Shown in pieces: positions 59,414 through 64,000 of a stretch of DNA of 64,000 nucleotides. Made by a program: the position numbers and the translations under genes. Every line of letters starts with the position of its first letter. Position 1 is the stretch's first letter. This DNA comes from Bdellovibrio sp. ZAP7 (lineage in GTDB: Bacteria > Bdellovibrionota > UBA1018 > CAIMNF01): assembly GCA_945874535.1 (NCBI GenBank), contig CAMCGZ010000001.1:28471-92470 (forward strand), read 5' to 3'. The notes beneath the pieces are model-generated. The model saw nothing but the letters and a program-made list of their open reading frames with translations, was not told the origin of the DNA and did no database searches.

Positions 59414-60844
59414 TCATCCCCTCAGCCTCAGGACCGTGTCCATCATCTCGTCGGCAACCTTGATCACTCTTGCCGATGCATCGAATGCATGCTGAAACTG
59501 CATCAAATTGGTGGTTTCCTCGTCGATCGAAACCCCGGAGACCTGGTCCCGGACCTTGTTCAACTGGGTGAGAATGCTCTGTTGCTGTCCGAGCGCCTCG
59601 CGGTTACGCGAAGATGCCGTGCCGACGTCCGCAACGATCGAGTTGTAAAAGTCGTCAACGGTGGTGTGTCCGGCGTTCATCAGCCGGAGATTCTGAAGAT
59701 TGGCGATGGCAAGAGCGTTCCGGTTGTCGCTCGGAGCTCCCGGCTGCAAGGCCGCGGCGATATTTCCCACTGAAGTGCTGATATCCGAAGAAAGGCGAAG
59801 CGACTGGGCCGCACCCGTGACCCCGCGGGGCTCTTCAAAGAATCGGACTCCAGTACGCCCGTCCTGAGTGAATCCCTTCGAGTGAAGCTCATTCACCGAT
59901 TTGGCGACAGAATGAGCCAGCTCATCGAGCCTGGCAAGAACCTGGTTCACCGACTTGTCCCGAACCTCGATCTGGGCCCCGAGTTTTCCGCCCTTGAATT
60001 GATCGGTGATCGCCTGGTTGGCGAATGCCGAACGTGAAATTTGAAACGAGTTGTCTACCGCACCGGGAGCATGGTCCGCGCCATGACGGCCGACGGCGTA
60101 CTTTTCCACGATGGTTCCGGTCACCAGGGGGCCGACGCCCTTGATGTCGACATTGACGTTACCTTCATTGTCCTTGTGAGAGATGACGTCGACGAATTCG
60201 CTGATTTTTTTCAGAATGAAATCCCTGCGATCACGGAGATCGTTGGCCGCGTCGGTGCCGGTCACTTCCGACTGGCGGACCCTGCGGTTTAAATCGGCAA
60301 GTTCTTGCGCAAAAGAGTTCAGTTCTTTGAGATTTCCTTCGATACGATGGTCGATGTGGGTGCGTACGGACTCGACCTCCGCTCGCAAGCGACGAAAATC
60401 ACCCACCATGGCCTGGGAGGACTCCCTCACGGCTTGCCGGATCGCTTCACTGGTCGGCTCGTTGGACAGCTTCCGGAAGTCGTTGTAGAAGCGGGCAATC
60501 AGACGGTTCAAGCCATCTCCGCCCATTTCATTGAAAATGTCTTCGATCTGGTTCAAGAAAACCTGACGCTCATCGTGGAACGCCATGTCGCGCGAACCTT
60601 CCCTGAGTTGCCGCTCTAGGTATTCATCGTTGATCCGCTCGATCTTTGAGATCCGTGATCCTTCGCCGACGAAATGACCTCCTTGACCCGCAATCTGCTT
60701 TCCGACTTCTGCCTCGGACTGAACCCGTTGGCGGGAATAGCCCTCGGTTCCCGCATTGGAAATGTTGTGCCCTGCAGTCGCGATACCAGCCTTCGCGGTG
60801 CTCATTCCGGACTTTCCGGTTTGCAGGACGTTCACCAATGCCAT
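59414..60844 (-). CDS. flgK: Flagellar hook-associated protein 1 (FlgK)
   Basis: N-terminal MALVNVLQTGKSGMSTAKAGIATAGHNISNAGTEGYSRQ and the conserved C-terminus. Confidence 0.9.
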   Translation of the reverse strand: MALVNVLQTGKSGMSTAKAGIATAGHNISNAGTEGYSRQRVQSEAEVGKQIAGQGGHFVGEGSRISKIERINDEYLERQLREGSRDMAFHDERQVFLNQIEDIFNEMGGDGLNRLIARFYNDFRKLSNEPTSEAIRQAVRESSQAMVGDFRRLRAEVESVRTHIDHRIEGNLKELNSFAQELADLNRRVRQSEVTGTDAANDLRDRRDFILKKISEFVDVISHKDNEGNVNVDIKGVGPLVTGTIVEKYAVGRHGADHAPGAVDNSFQISRSAFANQAITDQFKGGKLGAQIEVRDKSVNQVLARLDELAHSVAKSVNELHSKGFTQDGRTGVRFFEEPRGVTGAAQSLRLSSDISTSVGNIAAALQPGAPSDNRNALAIANLQNLRLMNAGHTTVDDFYNSIVADVGTASSRNREALGQQQSILTQLNKVRDQVSGVSIDEETTNLMQFQHAFDASARVIKVADEMMDTVLRLRG

Positions 60845-60847
60845 CGA

Positions 60848-61393
60848 TCAGACTTCCTTAGAGATCAGCCTCGGTCCGTGGGCGTTTGAACTCCCCGTGT
60901 TCCGCTGGCCGCTTTGATTGTAGGTCGCCGCTTTCGGGTTGGTTTCCCCGAAAATGTTCTGTTTCATGTTTTGAATGTGCTTCAGGGATTCGTTGACCAG
61001 ACTCCCGTTCAATTCGTTCTGTTTTTTGATCCGCTCGACGAGGACCATCAGGGTGCTCAAGTCGGCCTGAAGGCGATCTGCCAGCGCGGAGTCACGCTCC
61101 CGCGTCCGGAGAATGAGGTTCCGGAGCGAGGCCTCTGCAGGATTGATTTGCCCGGCCTCGCACCAATTCCGGACCACGATCTGTCTCGAAAGCTCGGCCT
61201 GGTGAATCCAGTGAATCAAAGCCTCTTTGGCGGAAGTGGCCTCATAGGTCGCCCGCACGTCTGCTTGAGTGATCGCCTCGTTCTCGGACTTGACGACCTC
61301 ATAAAGCTGCCGGTGAAGCCCGATGAGCTCCTGAAGAGTCTCATGAAGCCCGGCTGCATAATCTTGATTTTTATCCGTCCTGTTTTCCATCAT
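60848..61393 (-). CDS. flgN: FlgN-like flagellar export chaperone
   Basis: Position between flgM and flgK. Helical ~180 aa. Confidence 0.45.
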   Translation of the reverse strand: MMENRTDKNQDYAAGLHETLQELIGLHRQLYEVVKSENEAITQADVRATYEATSAKEALIHWIHQAELSRQIVVRNWCEAGQINPAEASLRNLILRTRERDSALADRLQADLSTLMVLVERIKKQNELNGSLVNESLKHIQNMKQNIFGETNPKAATYNQSGQRNTGSSNAHGPRLISKEV

Positions 61394-61435
61394 GCCTCAC
61401 CCGCATCCTGCTCGGAGGTTTTGTGGTTTTGTGAA

Positions 61436-61762
61436 TCAGGCGCCAGCCAGTCCAAGGTGGTCATCCACCAGACGATCGGCAATCGCATCCGCGCCGACAT
61501 TGTATTTCTTGTTGGCGATTTTTTCACGAAGCTCGGCGATCTTCGCTTCGCGGACATCGGACGACTCTGAGGCGATTTGCTTGGATTTCGCCATATCACG
61601 TGCGCGAGTGGAAATTTCTGCGCTCGCAGAATCGTTTTTAGAGGTGGTTGCCGCGCGATCGGCACGACTCTCATAAGCGTTCGATTTCAGCTTCTCTGTC
61701 TTCTTGGCAGACTGCGCCTCAGCGCTCTGAATGGCCGGACTGTTCGCTGGATTGACCCTCAT
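61436..61762 (-). CDS. flgM: Anti-sigma-28 factor FlgM
   Basis: C-terminal VREAKIAELREKIANKKYNVGADAIADRL, a typical FlgM sigma-28-binding helix. Confidence 0.75.
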   Translation of the reverse strand: MRVNPANSPAIQSAEAQSAKKTEKLKSNAYESRADRAATTSKNDSASAEISTRARDMAKSKQIASESSDVREAKIAELREKIANKKYNVGADAIADRLVDDHLGLAGA

Positions 61763-62114
61763 GTGTACCTCCTGTACTCACGGAACCGGGATTGCGGCCC
61801 GTGTTTTCATTGTACTGTGTGTTTGCCTGCGAGCGCAACCAATAATCCACGATTTGCTCGGACAATCCGAGGGAATTCTGCCGGGCTGCGATTTCGGCAT
61901 ATTCCTGGTCGAGCATGCCCTGGTAAATGTCCGAGGCGGAATTCCTGAGTGAGAATTCCGACTTTTCCACGGTTCCACGCATGGCCTTCATCATTTCTTG
62001 GGTAAAGATGGCCTCGAGGCCTTCCGCAGCCTTCACCATCTCGGGACTGGCCCGGTCGGCGTCAACTTTTTGATTCCGCGCAAGGGAAGAGGGGGGGATC
62101 CGGGGGAGACTCAT
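61719..62114 (-). CDS. flgJ: FlgJ rod-binding (N-terminal) domain protein, single-domain form
   Basis: AAEGLEAIFTQEMMKAMR...IYQGMLDQEYAE rod-binding motif. No glucosaminidase domain. Confidence 0.75.
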   Translation of the reverse strand: MSLPRIPPSSLARNQKVDADRASPEMVKAAEGLEAIFTQEMMKAMRGTVEKSEFSLRNSASDIYQGMLDQEYAEIAARQNSLGLSEQIVDYWLRSQANTQYNENTGRNPGSVSTGGTHEGQSSEQSGHSER

Positions 62115-62321
62115 GATCGAGCCCCCCCGGATCCTTTGATCGAATTCAGGTTCGGGACGGGAACATCGTGTTCCGGCGTCATGCCGATGAATTGAAAAGA
62201 TTTGAGTGTGCCTGCCATCCTAGCAAGCGGTTGCTTCATCTCTGTTTCCTGGATCATCGGTTCATTTTCCATCCATCCGTGGACGGTCGCCTCGTCCCTC
62301 TCCTTCCTTCAAATCAATCGT

Positions 62322-63404
62322 TCAAATCATTTCCAAATCTGCCTGCAAGGCCCCGGTGGCCTTCATCGTTTGGAAAATCGCTGTCATGTCCTTGGGCGCG
62401 ACACCCAGGGTATTCAGCAATTTCACCAAATCCGAAACCGTCGCATTTCCATTCACCAGGCCGCGGTCGGCATCGGCGCGGGCTCCGGGCTTGAGCTCCA
62501 GGAGGCGCTCCTTGGCTTGCCCCTTGACCTGGATTGACAAATCACCGTGAGAAATCGCAACCGGCGCCAAGCTCACTTTATCGCCCATCACCACCGTACC
62601 GGTCCGCTCGTTCAGGACCACCTTAGCCTTCGAGTCGGTCACCACCCGGATGTTTTCCACGCGGGCCATGAGATCCACGGTCTTTCCCTCATAGTTGAAG
62701 GGAACGACCACATCGACAGTCGCGCTATCGCGCGCACTGGCGAACTTGCCACCGAGCTCGGCATTCACGAGCGCCACCAATCGGGCCGCTGTAGTGAAGT
62801 CCGGGTTGTTCAGCGACATACGGAAACTCTTCTTCTCAGCGAAATTGGTATCGACGTCCTTTTCGATCATGGCGCCTGAAACGATCCGCCCGACGGTCGG
62901 GAACACGCCCTTGCCGGAGTCGGTCAGAGACCCGAGGGTCACCTGGCCCTGCGCCACTGCATACACATGCTGATCGCCCGCACGGAGCGGAGTCACGAGG
63001 AGTGTTCCTCCCTCGAGAGACGCAGCATCGCCGATGGATGATACCGTGACATCGATCTGTGCTCCTGACCTGGCAAAGGGAGGGAGCTTGGCGGTCACAA
63101 TGACTGCAGCCGCATTTTTCGATTTAACCGCCGCATTTTTCTCAATGTCGAGACCGAGCTTGCCGAAGAGTCGACCGAGGGATCTCGCGGTCACATCCGT
63201 GCTGGAATCACCGGTTCCTCGAAGACCGACCACCAGACCGTAACCGATCAGGATGTTTTCGCGGACCCCCTTCACCGAAGCAATGTCTTTGATCCGTGCA
63301 CCGACAGTGATGGATCCGAGCGAAACCCCTGGAATCAGGAATGCCGCGATCGCAATGAGGGTCAGCCCGTAGTATTTAGCGCGCAACGCGGATGTTGTAT
63401 TCAT
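62322..63404 (-). CDS. flgI: Flagellar P-ring protein FlgI
   Basis: Signal peptide. ARIKDIASVKGVRENILIGYGLVVGLRGTGD canonical FlgI. Confidence 0.9.
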   Translation of the reverse strand: MNTTSALRAKYYGLTLIAIAAFLIPGVSLGSITVGARIKDIASVKGVRENILIGYGLVVGLRGTGDSSTDVTARSLGRLFGKLGLDIEKNAAVKSKNAAAVIVTAKLPPFARSGAQIDVTVSSIGDAASLEGGTLLVTPLRAGDQHVYAVAQGQVTLGSLTDSGKGVFPTVGRIVSGAMIEKDVDTNFAEKKSFRMSLNNPDFTTAARLVALVNAELGGKFASARDSATVDVVVPFNYEGKTVDLMARVENIRVVTDSKAKVVLNERTGTVVMGDKVSLAPVAISHGDLSIQVKGQAKERLLELKPGARADADRGLVNGNATVSDLVKLLNTLGVAPKDMTAIFQTMKATGALQADLEMI

Positions 63405-64000
63405 AGAGTTTTCCCGATTGGATCATGTCCTTTTCGTCGAGATCTGCAGCCGGAGCCACAGCGACGAGAGACACCAGTTTGGTATGTCCGCGGTAAAGGA
63501 CGCGCTTGACCGCACGAATCTTGAAGTTTCCGTTCTGAAACCGATCGATGATTTCCGCACGGAGTTCTTCATTCGGATTGAGTGCGATCGCCTTGGACAA
63601 ATCGACCTGCGACCAGCGAACCGCTTTCTCCATGCGACTCTTTACGGCAAGGGCTTCATCGGACCGGAGGTCGTCGGAGGCCACGTTCCTGTAAGCCTTC
63701 AGATCCTGGTCATCCTTGGTGAGCTCGTTGTTTTTCAGATGCAGGGCCATTTCGACCGCTTGCTCCGCCGTGGTCAGGGTTTTCTTCACCTCTTCGGCGA
63801 TCTGACGGACAAACACATCATCCACTTTCACCGAAACAATATCCCCCGGAGAGCGGACCTTCCCCTTGGTGAAAAAGTGATTCGCATCATTTCCATTCGC
63901 CCAGAGGGATCCATCCCCGGGTGCATTGTCATAAAAGTCATTGCGGGTAGCGCGGTCACCGAGTGCGAAAGTCCTGTTTTGACGGGCATATCCGCGATTC
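63376..64000 (-). CDS. flgH: Flagellar L-ring protein FlgH (5'-partial; N-terminus lies beyond the window end)
   Basis: Translating upstream of the listed ORF by hand gives ...GSLWANGNDANHFFTKGKVRSPGDIVSVKVDD..., the FlgH SLW/GDI signature. The ORF-track 'M' at 63831 is an internal GTG. Confidence 0.7.
   Translation of the reverse strand, partial: NRGYARQNRTFALGDRATRNDFYDNAPGDGSLWANGNDANHFFTKGKVRSPGDIVSVKVDDVFVRQIAEEVKKTLTTAEQAVEMALHLKNNELTKDDQDLKAYRNVASDDLRSDEALAVKSRMEKAVRWSQVDLSKAIALNPNEELRAEIIDRFQNGNFKIRAVKRVLYRGHTKLVSLVAVAPAADLDEKDMIQSGKLYEYNIRVAR

Noticed and set aside
1-64000. CRISPR arrays, rRNA, integrases/transposases and prophage genes
   Set aside because: No regularly spaced direct repeats, no rRNA-like conserved stretches, and no recombinase-like ORFs. 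The only repeats are the coding low-complexity repeats listed above.

Overview
High-GC (roughly 58-60% by eye) bacterial chromosomal segment, densely packed (about 68 supportable CDS). Many neighbouring genes are translationally coupled through ATGA/GTGA stop-start overlaps, and several apparent GTG starts are reported as M in the ORF track. Gene content suggests a deltaproteobacterium / Bdellovibrionota-like organism: GTP-dependent PEP carboxykinase, type III glutamine synthetase (GlnN), a FliW-CsrA pair, and a MoxR-DUF58-BatA/B/D module. Most of the window is core metabolism and housekeeping: rpsF-rpsR-(membrane protein)-rplI-dnaB, etfBA plus a membrane Fe-S oxidoreductase, tatC, cyclophilin, maf-yggS, PBP4, an M16 peptidase, cspA with a clean bidirectional terminator, and a flagellar late-gene block flgH(partial)-flgI-flgJ-flgM-flgN-flgK-flgL-csrA-fliW at the 3' end. 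No CRISPR array, rRNA, convincing tRNA, integrase or transposase was found. Candidate under-described systems, all inferred from motifs read by eye with no searches run: (1) a six-gene minus-strand operon (9285-15929) combining a coiled-coil protein, a Pro/Gly-rich membrane protein, a 10+ repeat RCC1 beta-propeller lipoprotein, a PMT/ArnT-family membrane glycosyltransferase, an FmdB zinc ribbon protein and a GT2 enzyme, which may be an envelope/protein glycosylation module; (2) an adjacent pair of catalytically degenerate enzyme homologues, an ArgE/DapE-like M20 protein that has lost its metal ligands and an ALDH-superfamily protein with Glu-to-His in the ELGGK motif (52569-55403); (3) a STAS + GHKL-kinase partner-switching pair with an unusual Cys-rich STAS tail and no sigma factor nearby, fused into the maf-yggS operon (27824-29269); (4) a ribbon-helix-helix-like micro-ORF translationally coupled to a membrane-anchored protein (49876-50759); (5) two divergent DksA/TraR paralogues, one a C4 zinc finger without the DxxDxA tip, the other with the tip but without the zinc finger.
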